Notes: a model not told the origin generated them from the sequence alone. DNA of 64,000 bases from Chrysomallon squamiferum (GCA_012295275.1 CM022668.1:4774001-4838000), one strand, 5' to 3'. Counted from the stretch's first letter, positions 1-24,577 are shown. Translations and numbers: made by a program.

Positions 1-554
1 TCTCAATGTCACGTGATCCACAAGTTCAATTTCTAGGTTATAACAAAGATCAAAAGGTCAGTGTATCCCCAACATTCTGAACAATAATGGCAGATTTAGA
101 AACCTTGTCATATTGCCTTTTCAACAATACCAATTTTAGGAAAATTGGCCCAGTAGTTCCTGAGATATGAAGGTTCAAAGGTTGGCCAAAAATCTCAAAA
201 TTCTGATGGCCATATCTCCCAAACCACTGGTTTGATTGGCCTATCAGAAGCAGCAGAGATTGTAGCAGCTTTAGCAGTATGTTAAAATAAACAAAGTGCT
301 AGATATAATAAGTAATAGCTGTTGTAGTTGTAATGATGGTGGTGGTAGTAGTAATAGTTGAAGCTGTAATAGGAGTAGTAGTAGCAACAGAAACAGCAGT
401 GACAGCAGACACTTTAGCAGTATGTTAAAAATTATCTAGTGGTAGACATAATAAACAGTAGCTGTTGTTGTTGTTGTTGTAATGATGGTAGTGGTAGTAG
501 TAGTAGCAGCAATAACGACAGTGGCTGTGTAACTAACAATAAACTAAAACTGAC

Positions 555-2313
555 AGAAATTTCACGAATGTCTTCTGCACGATGTCTGAAACTGAAGCTT
601 TCTGTTGGTTCTTGTTCAAATGTGTCTTCATAGCTAGTTTTTGTTCCGTACGACCTGGCAAAGAATTAAATTCAGACAATGTTACAATGACCTGTTACAT
701 GAGAATTCACTTTTAATCTTTGATTTAGTATGAAAATGATTTTATATTATTATTGTTGTTGTTGTTATTGTTCTTCTTACTGTTATTATTATTCCTATTA
801 TTATTATTATTACTATTATTATTATTATTATTAATATATTTGTTATTGTTATTATTATTATTATTATTATTATTTTTAGTAGTAATACTTAATTAATTTC
901 TATTGTTTATTTTATTTTCTAAGCTTCTTGGTTGTTTTCTTTCATTTTAAGTAAAATTTCTGAAAATATTTATCTAGTAACAAGAATTAAATATAAACAA
1001 AATAAAAACAAGAACAAAACATAACAGAAAGAATTATGATATAAGCAGTAGAAGGGATTTTCATAAAAAATCGTCCAAACCTATTTAAAAATTAAAGAAA
1101 AAAATTCTACAAGAAAGAACAGCAAAAATCAACAAAAAACCCCTGCATTTATTGATTTAAATAAAATAAAATAAAATATGTACAGAAAAAAACAATATAT
1201 ATGAAATGAAATTAAAAAACAACAACCCCGACCAAAGAAATCAAACAAACAAAACAAATAAATAAATAAATAAATAAAACTCCAAACAAAATCAAATCAA
1301 AACAAAATCAAAATAATAATTTCACATGACAAAGTCAAGTACCTTTCAAAACTCGAAGTTCCGTCTCTCTGTGTTGTTACTGATTCTTCAAAATCTGATT
1401 CCTCTTTCAACGTGTCCAGAGTTCTGGGGGGTGCAGAACGAGTGGTGGCTGAGTGGGTTTGTGGTTCAATCACAGACGACTCAAATGTCTCTGAATACGA
1501 ATACTGATCACTGGTTGTATCCTGTGAGTCATCTACAAAACTCAACTCACTACGGTACGACTGAGTATCAGAATAAGAACTGGGGTACTCATCATCATCT
1601 TCTGAAATGAGAAAGAAAGAAATGTTTTATCAGGAAACAAACTGAAATAATGAAAAATTAGTTTTAAGAAGTAGAATGATAATGTAAAAGGAAACATATT
1701 TGTTTTGGATTGGCAGTAAGAAATATTTTATAAGCGCCTTCCTGCAGGCAGAAAAGTAAAACTACATTTTTTCTTAAATCAGTTGTGTGTGTATGTGTTT
1801 CTGTATCCATGTGTGTATTGTATGTATGTCAGTCTGCATGTGTATTTCTCTATGTGTGTATGTAAGTTTGTGTGCCTATGTGTTATGAGTTTTATGAGTT
1901 TATATAACATTTTTTATACATAAATAAAAAGTTGAAATAAAAAAAATAATTTAAAAAATGTTAAATCTCTGCATAAATAGGGCAAATAGAAACTACAAGA
2001 TTACCTTTAATTTTTCACACAGATTACTTTCAATCAAATATTTCAAATTTATCTCACCTCTTTTAGATATACTGTCCTCGTCATAATCATAAGATTTGTT
2101 TTCAGCTGACTTCAGTGTTTGAGAAGCAGCACTGGAATCAGAGTGATGGGTAGAAGCCGAGGAAGGTGTTGTTGGTTTATCTATACTTTGGGAATACGAA
2201 TTAGATAAATCTTTTTGTTCTTTCGATGATATGTCAACATTTTCCGAACAGAATGACATCGACTCAAATGTATCTGTGTAGACGTTTTCCTCTGATGTAT
2301 GTTTAGATGACAT
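555..2313 (-). CDS. 5' part of a spliced gene encoding a Ser/Thr/Asp/Glu-rich low-complexity protein; probably continues beyond the left window edge
   Basis: Exons 2313-2058 (ATG, MSSKHTSEENVYTDTFES..., donor GTGAG), 1601-1343 (EDDDEYPSSYSDTQSYRSELSFVDDSQ...) and 654-~555 (SYGTKTSYEDTFEQEPTESFSFRHRAEDIREIS). GT-AG sites are canonical and phases are consistent (1, then 2). An acceptor at 2357 implies an upstream non-coding exon. The last donor is uncertain and no family was recognised. Confidence 0.7.
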
Positions 2314-2540
2314 GTTGTTTTTGTTTTTTCAGTTTTTAATTTAATAACTATAAAATCTGAAAATACAATTTGATATAATGAAGGATTATTTATATTGACA
2401 TCATTACATTTTCTTATTATTTAAAAAAAAAAAAAAATACTGCTTTTATTTAATGATGATATCATAGGTATAAGAAAATTGGTTACTGGTGTTCTGTAAC
2501 TAAATAAAGAAACTGTTTTACACACTGAATATATCGGTTT

Positions 2541-4176
2541 ATGCATATATAAAAATAGACCGAAGTAAGAGAGAAGTCACAGAATATCAAAACTCGACTG
2601 ACTGAAATATTTATAAATTACTAATGTTCTGTGTATAATTAGTGTAAAACCATTGCAAACTATAAACCCCTAGAAATCACAAGACCAGTTTCGTATATTT
2701 ACCGTACGATTGTAATCCTCCTGTGTAACAACTTTTTTATGCATTTTTGTTATCAGCTCGAATTATTTAGGTAACTTGAGGATGCAGATCCAATATTGCT
2801 TCCATTTTTTATTACCCAGGAATATGTTCATTCCACTATTGCTGGAAACGAGAAAATCTAGTTTTAAGCAGCGAATTATTATTATTATTCTTGTTCAGAT
2901 ATTAATAAACAATTAACCGTTTCCAAATGTAAAAGATCAAAATCCAGAGTACGTTCCTGATCGTCCATTACAATTTCGTTTTCTCGCGTATTTTCTTCCA
3001 TGTGAAAGATTTATCGAGTTATAAGAAGCTTTTCACACCAAGTGGTAGAAAAAAAGCTAAGAGAGTATTTCCGTTGGTTTGGTAGTTTATTATACAGATA
3101 ATTAACCTAACATTGAAGGCTTGTATTTGTTAAATTAAAATCCGTCTATAATATAATGTATAAAATCTAATCGTATAGTCTTCCAAATCGATGTTTGCGG
3201 CAACCAAACTAATTTTACTAATTTACTAATGTAAGATAATAAAATGTTTGATTAATAATTTAACAGAAACAGCTATGGTATTCTCTGAAATTGTTGTTTT
3301 TAACAAGAAGGGATTAAACACAGAAGCTAATATTAACACGATATGAAATTGGAAGAACTTTGAGATCCGGGTTTTTGGTAGCAAAAGATCAGAGAGTAAA
3401 TATGAAATTCGCTAAGTCTGACTAATAATTAGCTTTCTTTCTAATTTACATTCTTGGGCCTAAAATCAAATATGAACGAAAAGTACAATATCATACAATC
3501 TCTTCTGTTGTGACTTTATATCAAATGTATATTGCATCGTCATAAAACAGCAGACTTGTTTGATAAAATTTGGACTTGAATAAAGCCGTCATGTGAAAAA
3601 TAAATAAGTAAATAAGTAAATAAATAAATAAAAATAAAAATATGAGAGTACTGTGATTCACAGATACAGTGTATTTTTCAAACAGGTTGAGAATTTCAGA
3701 TTTATATGATTATGTTATATAATATAAATAAAACATAAAATTACTTTTTTATTTAAAGAAAACAAAACAAGTAAAAACAGCTGATAATAATAATCATCAT
3801 CATCATCATCATAACAATAAAAAAATAAAAAACACGGTAAGGGATATTAGTGAATTTTATTTCCTAATTTCAGCAAAAGAATATATTATTTTAAACTTGA
3901 TGACTTAAAAGAAAGAAAAAATGCTTTTCTAGGAAGACATCCTGAACATCTGAATTGTAACTGATTGCATGAGAAGTCTGTTGAAGGAATAACCTACGTT
4001 AGTATTTAAACATCATCTAGCATAAAATAAAACATTGAAAAAAAGTTTCACATCAAAGACAAAATGTTTCAGTCAGCACAGATTATACACAGGAGATAAT
4101 ATTTCCATTAATTAAGCACAAAGCAGAATATTTTAAAACGTAGACATGTTTAATGTACTTGAACTGGAGGCACAAA

Positions 4177-4271
<95 letters not shown>

Positions 4272-4635
4272 TAAAATGTTTCACTCATCTGTGATTTCCA
4301 GAAATCAGTCACAAAACTGAACACACAGACACACACAAACACACGCACGCGCACGCACACACACAGAGTGGGTGAGAGAGATAGAGAGAACAAGTGGCAA
4401 ATATCACAGACGTCGATAAAAAGACGTAGACAGAAAGTAAACAGACACAAACGGATGCACTTGTCTCACATTACTAGACGCACATACGTACAGAAACGGT
4501 AACTAGTGAATATGCCATTCCATACGTATTACAAATCCTACATGTTTATATACATTACAACATACATTACAACATATACATTATAATATGCATTACAACT
4601 CATACGTTTTTACATAAACCACATGCATTTTTATA
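2541..4635 (+). repeat. Copy 1 of a diverged ~2 kb direct duplication
   Basis: Collinear with 5831-7750 (shared agaccgaagta.gagagaagtca, tcgtccattacaatttcgtt, aaacaggttgagaat and other blocks). Confidence 0.85.
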
Positions 4636-5785
4636 CAGGGCGCAATACTGCGAGTGAAACACTTGCACATGCGAGTACAATTCTGTGATAGCGACTTAAA
4701 TTTGCAAAACACTAGCGACACTGTCACTGGAACACATTTTAATTTACTGTATCAATCAAACGATACATATATTGATGATCGAAACTTGCACGTTCGTCTT
4801 TTGCGCTGTTTGTGAACCGATACTAGCCGACGTCGATCGAAGTATTCCGCTATCACTTTCGGATCTCTTCGGCCGACTTGACAATCGAATTGTTCCGAAT
4901 GCTTTAGTAACCACAATCGGGAAGACTCGTGATATATCGGATTTTGCCGTTTGTAAATGAGCATTCGCAACTTCGTAACCAGTTTGTTTGCTCCCAAAGT
5001 TGAGCTAAATGTTACATCACGGGAATATTTTAAATAAATAAAAGCGTTGGGGAATTTTGTTGGTAACGACAGCATACTGTCAACAAAAACAAATAAACAA
5101 AATACGTCCTAGTTTCGGTAAATGTATCTGTCCGTATACTTGTCGGAATCGCGTAACCCAATTAAAAATCGGTTTACAAATGAAAGCATATATATAAAAG
5201 AATTGGTGCTATGCACGCTTGGAAACGGATTTGTTTTTAGCAGTTATGTCAACTGGAAAGAAGAAACCTGCGACTATCTATTGCCAATTTGCAGAGTAAT
5301 TCCGTTACGTCTGTAAATAAACGTGTTTCAGACGATGGTTCTGGCGGTCAAACAGGTACAAGTCAGATGTCAGAAGTAGCTTGTCTGTAGGGAGGCTATG
5401 AGAATTCATTCTCTCTCATCTGAGCCACCTGAACTTGTTCAGTTTGATCCGGCTAACTCTGTGACTAACTGGCTGTCTGCCGGTACAAGAAAACCAACAG
5501 GTTGTGCAGGTCAAAGTGAATGGCCAGAGGTCACTGTCTCTGAGTAATCATCTTGTCACACTAGTAGACTATACTTTTAATATTCTACTGAAGAAAGTGC
5601 TATGTTTGTATGGCATAACATATATTACATTAACATTTTCTTTACTGCTTGTGGCTGCATTCTGAACATTTCCTTGAGTAAAATAAACAACAGAGGTTGG
5701 CGTTTAAAGTTATTTTATTTATTATAGTATATCATATATGTACTTCATATGTTGCCTGGCGAGTAACAATCTCAACATGGCTATT
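4636..5785 (+). mobile_element. Truncated hAT-family DNA transposon remnant
   Basis: Starts CAGGGCGCAATACTGCGAGT, a hAT-like terminus, and is more GC-rich than its flanks. 5360-5547 reads KSDVRSSLS..MRIHSLSSEPPELVQFDPANSVTNWLSAGTRKP...*, resembling the C-terminal dimerisation region of ZNF862-like hAT transposases. No matching 3' TIR was found. Confidence 0.6.
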
Positions 5786-5830
5786 TTATTTTTTTTTTTC
5801 ATATCTCTAGTCATACATTAAAACATATAA

Positions 5831-7148
5831 ATGCATATTCAAAATGAGACCGAAGTAGGAGAGAAGTCATAGAATATCAATAATCGACTGAAACATTTAT
5901 AAAATAAATTACTAATGTTCTGTATATAATTAGTGTAAAAACACGGCAAAGAAAAAAAGCTAGAAATCGCAACATCAGTTTTGTATATTTACTGTACGAT
6001 TTTAATCCTGCTGTCTAACACCTTTTTAATGTATTTTTCTTGTCAGCACGAATTTAGGTAACTTGAGGATGGAAATCTAATATTGATTACATTTCTTTTA
6101 TTATCCAAGAATATGTTAATTGTATAGCTGCTTGAAACGAAATAATCTACTTTTCCTCATCGATATTATTATTCATTTTTTTTTCATTTTTTTTTTTCAG
6201 ATTTTAATACAAATTGATTGTTTCCAATGTTAATAATCAAAATCCAGAGCCCGTTCCCGATCGTCCATTACAATTTCGTTTACTCGCGTATTTTCTTCCA
6301 TGTGAAAGTTTTGTCGAGTTTTAGGAACCGTTTTACATCAAGTGGCTGAATAAAAAGCTAACTGATTATTTCCGTTTGTTTGGTAGTTTAGTTTTTAGCT
6401 AATTAACCTATTGAAGGCTTACATCTGTTAAATTAAAATCTGTCGATAATATAACGTATCGAATCTAATGTTATATTATTTTGCCACAAACAATTCATTT
6501 AATAATATAAGCTAACAAAATCTTTTATTAATCATTTAACAGAAAGAGCTGTGGTATTTTTAGAAATTTCTGTTTTTAACAAGAAGAGATTAAACAGAGA
6601 AACTATTAAGAGCTATGGTGTTCTTAGAAATTGTTGTTTTTAACCAGAAGGAATTAAACACCGAAGCTAATATAGGTACGATATGAAATTGGAAAAAGTT
6701 TGAGATCCAGATTTTAGGTAGGAAAAAATCAGAGAGTAAATATGAAATTTGCTAAGTCTGACTAATAATTAGCTTTTTTTCTAATTTACATTCTGTGGCC
6801 TAAAAACAAAAATTAACGAAAAATACAATATCATACAACCTCTTGTGTTGTGACTTTATATCAAATGTATTTCATCGTCATAAAACAGAAGACTTGTTTG
6901 ATAACATCTGGACTTGAATAAAGCCGTCATGTAAAGAAAAAAAATATTAATAATAAATGTTATTCTGTTCAAAGGGAATATATTTTCTATAATATGAGAG
7001 TTTTTTTTGATTCACAGACACAGTGTATTTTTCAAACAGGTTGAGAATGTCTGATTTATATGATTATGTCATATAATATAAATATTATATAAAATTACTT
7101 TTTTATTTAAAGAAAACAAAACAAGTAAAAACAATTAATACTACTACG

Positions 7149-7211
<63 letters not shown>

Positions 7212-7337
7212 ACCCACACCTAACGTTCCCATCTATTAATGCTTAATGGTTATTGTCCTTTTGCTAAGTGACATCGGTGAATTTATTTCCTTATTTCAGC
7301 TAAAAGAATACATTATTTTTAATTTCAATAGCCAAAA

Positions 7338-7376
<39 letters not shown>

Positions 7377-7750
7377 AACGTTTTTCTAGAAACACAAACA
7401 GAATATCTGAACTGTACTTTATTGCATGAGATAGCTGTTAAACAGAGACACACGCATGCACTTGGTGTCACATCGCTACACGCACATACGTACCACACGC
7501 ACATAGCTAGTGAACATGCAATTCCATACACACTAAAGCACATACATTTTCATATACATTACAACATAATGCATTTTCAAACACATTACAACACATACAT
7601 TTTCATATATATTACAACATATACATTTTCAGACATTACAGCATATATATTTTTATATACATTACAACAAATACATTTTCATATGCATTATAACACATAC
7701 ATTTTCATATACATTACAACACATACATTCTTATATACATTTCATTTTCA
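5831..7750 (+). repeat. Copy 2 of the ~2 kb direct duplication
   Basis: Collinear with 2541-4635, with an internal deletion relative to copy 1. Confidence 0.85.
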
Positions 7751-8594
7751 GGAAATACATGTTTTCGCGTACATGGCGGATTAATTTGCTCTAAAATTAA
7801 ATCTAATAAAATAAAATGATATAAAATTAAACTAACTTAAATTGAAACAAACAAACAAACAGTCAAACAAACAAACAAATAAATAAATAAATAAATAAAT
7901 CTGTCATTCCATCCGTATGCAGTGAATTCATGGCTCTAATTTCAAAGGGTTAAAAACGTCACATTCTAAATGAAATTAAGACAAACAAATATATGATGTT
8001 TTTAAATTGTTAAATGTTTTTTGTGTTACACACATATACTGTAGTCGTGATGTTTTCGTGTATAGATCTGATTAATTTACTCAAAAAATTCCGAATACTG
8101 TATTCATACGCAAGCAATGACGTCATGAGTCAAGATGTTAAGTGTAAAAATGGTCATATTTTAATGTTTTGTAACAGTGTTATTTTATTGTAATACTTTG
8201 TTATCAGCGTTGACAGGTCACGCAGAGCAGTAAAAGTCTAGAGATATAAATAATTTATATTTCAAGCAATAAAGATACACTTTTACATATATATTTTTTT
8301 ATATTACATAATCTGTAACATGTGTTACTGAGCTAACAGAGGTTGCATGAAGAATACAGTTGTTTCTTTGGTTGTTGTTATTTTTTCACGTTCGTTACAT
8401 TTATTTAAATCATTCTTTTATTTTGAATCAGAAAAATGATTCTGTTCTATCACTGTCCGTATATTCTACAAGTTTTCGTTGAAAGTAAACACATAACAGC
8501 AATTAGGGCAGGTTTATTTCGTGTAGTTTAAATAAATAAATAAATAAATAAATGAAATAAAATGAAACAAATGAATGATAGAACAAATAAATAA

Positions 8595-8625
<31 letters not shown>

Positions 8626-8664
8626 AATAAAATGAAACAAATGAATAATAGAACAAATAAATAA

Positions 8665-8707
<43 letters not shown>

Positions 8708-9027
8708 AATAAAATAAAGTAATAATAATGCATGCATACGTGCATAACCAGCGACAGTAACAATAGCAAAACGTAACAATAATAATTTAAATAAATTCAT
8801 AAATTAAAATTAAACGAAATACAAAAGGTAAATACAAATAATCAGTCAATCAATCAATCAATCAATAAGAAGATCAAATCTTTGAACTAAGCTATTGTAA
8901 GTAACGTTTGAGAAGGTCCAGAGAAAAATGAAAGTAAGAAAGAAAGAAAATGATAGCAGAAAAAGAAAAAGGAAAAACAAAAGAAAGAACAAAAATAATG
9001 GTAAGAAAACATATATATGTCTCACAT

Positions 9028-9100
9028 AAAGAAGATTTCTTGAGACCATGGCAGCAGTATACAGCTGGATTTGGATCTGTGATGAACGAATCTTGGTGAA
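9028..9100 (+). pseudogene. Degenerate orphan FReD exon C fragment
   Basis: gaagatttc...catggcagcagtat...ggatttggatctgtgatgaacgaatcttgg matches exon C (EDF..WQ.Y..GFGS.MNE). Confidence 0.7.
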
Positions 9101-9459
9101 GTAATATTTACTGTTAATTAATGTCAGAAGTTAATAAAATCTGTTTTACGAGGTTTTCATGATAAGTTATACAAGAAAAACAAAGAAGGAAAAAAAATCA
9201 AAAAAAAAAAATCGCAAAGATTATAAAATACATATTTGTTATTTAGTAACAAATTTGGTCACGATTTTCATTTCAGATGAAATCTAGATTGGGTCTTTCT
9301 CTGTTTATGTATAAGAATGCATGTCCATGTTTTTATTTATTTGGTACATGCGTTTTTGTCTGTTGCAGAAATGACAATGCTGAATTTTTATTGACTTTTT
9401 ATCTTTCTTTTTTCTTCTCTTTTCAGGTCCTAGTATTGGTAAATAATAGTAATTCTATT

Positions 9460-9556
<97 letters not shown>

Positions 9557-9867
9557 AATGTTATGTGTGAGTGTTAATATAAGATTGATTTTACTATTTT
9601 ACTGCAACTATATGGAATAACCATCTGCTATTCTTCAGTAACTGAAGAACACAGATGGCTTTTACAACTTTCGAAGTATGAGTATATATATCTACGTGTT
9701 CTTCTATATAGATATAGATAAAAACATATTAGGTGTCAGATTTATTTAGCTATATATATATATATATATATAATCTACAAGTATATATATATACATGTAG
9801 ATTAAACAGAGGACTTTAATACACTTTTTCGACTAACATGAAAGAAATGTTTTTTGTTGTGGCCGAA

Positions 9868-12442
<2,575 letters not shown>

Positions 12443-13344
12443 AGTGTTGTCAGCTGTGATATATTTGTTTTGTTTTTCTTATTTATATTAAATATGAAAG
12501 TTTTTGTGTGTCTGCCTGTCTCTGTGTCTCTGTGAGTGCTAAAACCGCACACAGCTGAACAACAATATCTGTCATTCCCTCCAATATGATGTTCATGTCA
12601 TTTCACTGTATTCATGATTATAATGTATCATAGGTTAACGTGACTTTTTGAGGGGGGAACAGATAAACAGGTGAATAGATAGACTGATAGAGATACAGAA
12701 GCTTAAAATACTTTAAAGAGTGTAAAGACTAACTGGGACACGATTACATTTAGGCTTAGGAGCTTTTCGACTGGAGTTTTTGATGAGACATTTCTTCACA
12801 ATATTTCGTTTTAGCCATAACGACAAGCTCCTTCATTTCGAGAAAATATTTTCGCATAATTGACGGATTAATTAGCTGTAAAATCAAGTCTAATAAAATA
12901 AAATAAAATAAAATAAATAAAATAAAATGTATGAATATATCAATCAATAAATAATTCTCTCATTGCATATGTATGCTGTGAGATCATGAAATCAACTGCA
13001 GTGAGTTAGAAAGGTAACATTCGAATGTTTTGTGTTATTTTATTCTGATACTTAGTTATACTCGATGACAGGGCACGTAGAACAGTAAAAGTCTACAGAT
13101 GTAAATAGTTTTATTCCTCGGACTAGAGATACATTTTAGGAAATATATATATTTTTTTATAAATTAGACAAAAAATTCGCAATATTTGTTATCTAGCTTG
13201 CAGAGCGTGCATGAATGAAGTAATTTTTGCTCTTCTTTCTTCATATTCGTTACACTTTTTAAATCATTTCTTTTGAATTAAAATTTCTATTTACATTTTT
13301 TCATTTTAATTATCTTTCTTAGATCTTTAGACGATGATATTTTG

Positions 13345-13414
<70 letters not shown>

Positions 13415-13541
13415 CATTGATACAGCAACAATGGCAATAACAACAACGAAAAAAACACAATAATAATATTTTATATCAATTAATAATAAATAAAAATTAA
13501 TATACAATTTTCAGAAATAAATGTGAAAAGCAAAATACAAA

Positions 13542-13574
<33 letters not shown>

Positions 13575-13576
<2 letters not shown>

Positions 13577-13712
13577 GAAATAGGACAACACTTCACCAGT
13601 AAAATTAAAAATAGGACAATACCTCACAAATAAAGTGAGAAATATGACGTCACTTCTCCATAAAATGAGAAATAGGACGATACTTCATCAGTAAACTGAG
13701 AAATAGGACAAT
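13575..13712 (+). repeat. Short diverged array of the 31-bp satellite unit
   Basis: About 4 units resembling gacaatacctcaccaataaaatgagaaatat. Confidence 0.75.
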
Positions 13713-13742
13713 AATGTTTGGTGTTTTTATAAATTTGTCTTA

Positions 13743-13844
<102 letters not shown>

Positions 13845-14009
13845 TATTGTGAACTGTTTCAATGTGATGCATACCTCACTGTTAAATAATACAAAGCTTT
13901 TCCTTTATTTTTAGCCGGAGAATTTTCAACCATAACCGCCCGTTATACAGGCTGACGTTTGTTTTACGTACGACTGTCAGGTTTTAGCTTTAGCTGTTAT
14001 ATCACGTGT

Positions 14010-14500
14010 CAATGTTAGGTGTTACTTTTAGGTATTAGATTTAAGTACGAGTGTTAGGTGTTACTTTTAGGTATTAGTTTTACATACGAGTGTTAGGTGT
14101 TACTTTCAGGTATTAGATTTACATACGAGTGTTAGTGTTAGGTGTTGGTACCACGTGACAGTGTTAGGTGTTACTTTTAGGTGTTACGAGTGTTTTTAGG
14201 TAGTGTTAGACTTTTTATTAGATTTACGTACGAGTGTTAGTGTTAGGTGTTGGTACCACGTGACAGTGTTAGGTGTTACTTTTAGGTATTAGATTTTTGA
14301 CAGTGTTAGGTGTTAGTGTGTTAGGTGTTAGGGTACGAGTGTTAGGTGTTACTTTTTACGTATTGACAGTGTTAGGTGTTACTTTTAGGTATTAGATTTA
14401 CGTACGAGTGTTAGGTGTTACTTTTAGGTATTAGATTTACGTACGAGTGTTAGTGTTAGGTGTTGGTACCACGTGACAGTGTTAGGTGTTACTGTTAGGT
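14010..14500 (+). repeat. TTAGGT-based compound minisatellite upstream of FReD-2
   Basis: Repeated gtgttaggtgttacttttaggtattagatttacgtacga and variants. Related tracts occur at 25670-25825 and 41120-41550. Confidence 0.85.
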
Positions 14501-14706
14501 GTGATTGTTTCTGTTTTGTTACTACATGAGATAACTATCTGGCTTTCTGTAGCTGATGCAGAAGTAACAACAACATCTGCGTTCTTCAGTTACTTTGGTA
14601 TCAGTTACAGAGAACCATATATATATATGTGTGTGTGTATCTGTGTTTGTACGGAGAATAAACATTTCCGCAGATCTTGAAACAAACATTTTTTGTTCTA
14701 GACGAA

Positions 14707-18034
<3,328 letters not shown>

Positions 18035-18544
18035 TAATTTGAATAAAGTGCAGTCAGCTGCGATATATTTGTTGTGTTTTTCTTAATTGTACTAAATGTT
18101 AGAGTGTTTGTGATTCTGTGTCTCTCTGTGACTGTGAATGTTTCTTCTGTCTAATAATCATTTTCCACGTTTGTCAATAACAGTTATAATAAGAACGACA
18201 ATAATATAATAGAAATGTACACATTAATAGTAAAATATATCTACCGAGCCTATAACAGAGATACAAAAAAGACACACTAATTTTTGTCCGTCTATCTTTC
18301 TGTATTTTTCTCTCTGTGTTTGTTAACAGATGATGCACGATATGACGGTTTACTGTTATTGATTTCCACTGAATCTTACATTTGTTTTCCTAATAATCAC
18401 TTTCAAAATTTATCAAAAGGACAACAATATAATAGAAATGTACACATTAATAATAAAATATGTCTACCGAGACTATCATAGAGATAAAAAAAGAGAACTA
18501 ATTTTTGTCCGTCTCTCTTTCTGTACTTTTGTCTCTCTGTTTCT

Positions 18545-21750
<3,206 letters not shown>

Positions 21751-21768
21751 AATGGATCGATAGATCAA

Positions 21769-21853
21769 TGTGTCCTTTCTGACCTCTGGAGACACTGAAT
21801 AGATCCAACTCTCATTTTAACCCTTGTTTTCTTATCTCTTCACAGTCCACTGG
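21769..21853 (-). pseudogene. Inverted FReD exon B fragment
   Basis: Minus strand reads ccagtggactgtgaagagataagaaaacaaggg...aaaggacaca (DCEEIRKQG) and is frameshifted. Confidence 0.75.
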
Positions 21854-21997
21854 TATTGTGTCTCGCTGTTTCTAAAAATGGTGTATTAAAAGGAATATGT
21901 GAAAGACCTGTCTTGTTTCATATATGTGTCTTGTGTTTGAAAACAGCTATAAAATTAATATGTAAATAAAAAGACAACTCTATATAATCATCTAAAA

Positions 21998-22040
<43 letters not shown>

Positions 22041-22047
22041 AATATAA

Positions 22048-22099
<52 letters not shown>

Positions 22100-23476
22100 A
22101 TAATAAATAAATAAATTAAATAAGACAAAATTAAATTAACACAATTCAAGAACGACAAGTGATAATTAATATTACACTAAATAGTTAATATTATTTTTTG
22201 TCTCAGGTGTATTATTACAAAAACTTTAAGTATTACTATCATTTTATTAAGAACCTTTTTTAAAATTATACTACCAATACATCGTGAAACCATTTTATGA
22301 ACGCCATTTAAATGAGTTAAAGGGGGGCAACTCTTTAGAAACACTCTCGGTTAGTTACATTTAAGAAAGATTCTGAAGAAACAGACGATATTTTCTACTT
22401 ATTATTTTATTTTTGTTTTATTCTATTTTGTTTTGTTTTGTTTTGTTTTATTTTATTTTACTTCATTTTATTTATTTATTTATTTTTCTCGGAATAAACC
22501 GATTCTGAAGAACCAGACGATATTTTCTATTTATTATTTATTTATTTGTTTTATTTTATTTTGTTTTGATTTATTTTATTTTATTTATTTATTTATTTTG
22601 CTCAAAACACTTTCCTAATATCTGTTACAGGTTTGCTTTCCAAAAACTTTTAGAATATACAGACACTAATAAAATAGAAACATTTTTCTTATTCAGAATA
22701 AAGGAACGATTTAAATAAATTTAACGAAAGCAAAGAAAGAATATTACATATCTTACATATTTTGTCTAATTTATAAAATAAATATATATATATATATATA
22801 TATTTGTAAAAGGTATATCTTTAGTGCTAGGAATAAAACTATTTATATCTCTAGACTTTTACTGTTCTACGTGCCCTGTCATCGCTGATAACTAAATATC
22901 AAAATAAAATAACACAAAACATTCGAATGTTACCTTTCTAACTCACTGCAGTTGATTTCATGATCTCACAGCATACATATGCAATGAGAGAATTATTTAT
23001 TGATTGATATATTCATGTATTTTATTTTATTGTCCTTTATTTTATTAGACTTATTTCTACAGCTAATTAATCCGCCATGCATGCGAAAACATCGCATATT
23101 TTCTTGAAATGAAGCAGCTTGCGAAAACGAAATCTTTTGAAAAAATGTCTCATCAAAAACGCCAGTCAAAAAGTTGCTTATCTCTATCAGTCTATCTATT
23201 CATCTATTTATATGTTTTCTGGTCGATATGGCACACAGGAAGTCCTTTGAAAAACAATGCCTGATGAAAAAGGACAGTCAAAAATTCTTAACCCCAAATA
23301 TAATGCATTCTCCTTAGTCATATGGACCGATGTCTCAATTAGTCTTAATCCTCTTTAAACTTCTTTTAACACTCACAAAGATACAGAGACATGCAGACAC
23401 ACACAACTCTCACATGTAATATAATTAAGAAAAACAAAATAAATATATCACAGCTGACTTCACTTTATTCTAATTA

Positions 23477-24152
<676 letters not shown>

Positions 24153-24230
24153 TGCTAAAAGCGTGGACAGAGACAAGCGGAAAGGCAACTGTGCTCAAAC
24201 GTACAAAGGGGGTGGTGGTATTCAACTTGT
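24153..24230 (+). pseudogene. Plus-strand exon E fragment fused to the FReD-3 breakpoint
   Basis: tgctaaaagcgtggacagagacaag..aactgtgctcaaacgtacaaaggggggtggtggtattcaacttgt reads AKSVDRDKRKGNCAQTYKGGWWYSTC. Confidence 0.8.
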
Positions 24231-24577
24231 ATTAATTAATGTCAGTAAAGTCAGTTTGATGACTTTTTCATCATAGGTTATGAAAGAAAAACAGAAAAAA
24301 AAAAGAACAGAAAAAAAACACAAACGATAACAAAGATTACTAAATACAAATTTATTTTTAGTAACAAGTTTGCTCACGATTTTAATTTGAAATGAATGTG
24401 AAATTGGGTATTTCTCGTGCTATCTGTCCTATACGTATGCGTTGCATGTGCATGTTTTTCTTTATTGGGTGCGTATGTTTCTCCACAAATGAACATGTTG
24501 AATTTTTATCGATTTTTTATCATTCATACTTTTTTCTTTTCACGTCCTCAGTATTGATAAATAATAGTAATTGTGTT

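Noticed and set aside
1-250. Possible Helentron/HINE-like repeat fragment
   Set aside because: The resemblance is vague (aaaattggcccagtagttcctgagat), the sequence is cut by the window edge, and no termini could be defined.
4752-5075. 107-aa minus-strand ORF
   Set aside because: It lies inside the transposon remnant, and no domain or splice structure was recognised.
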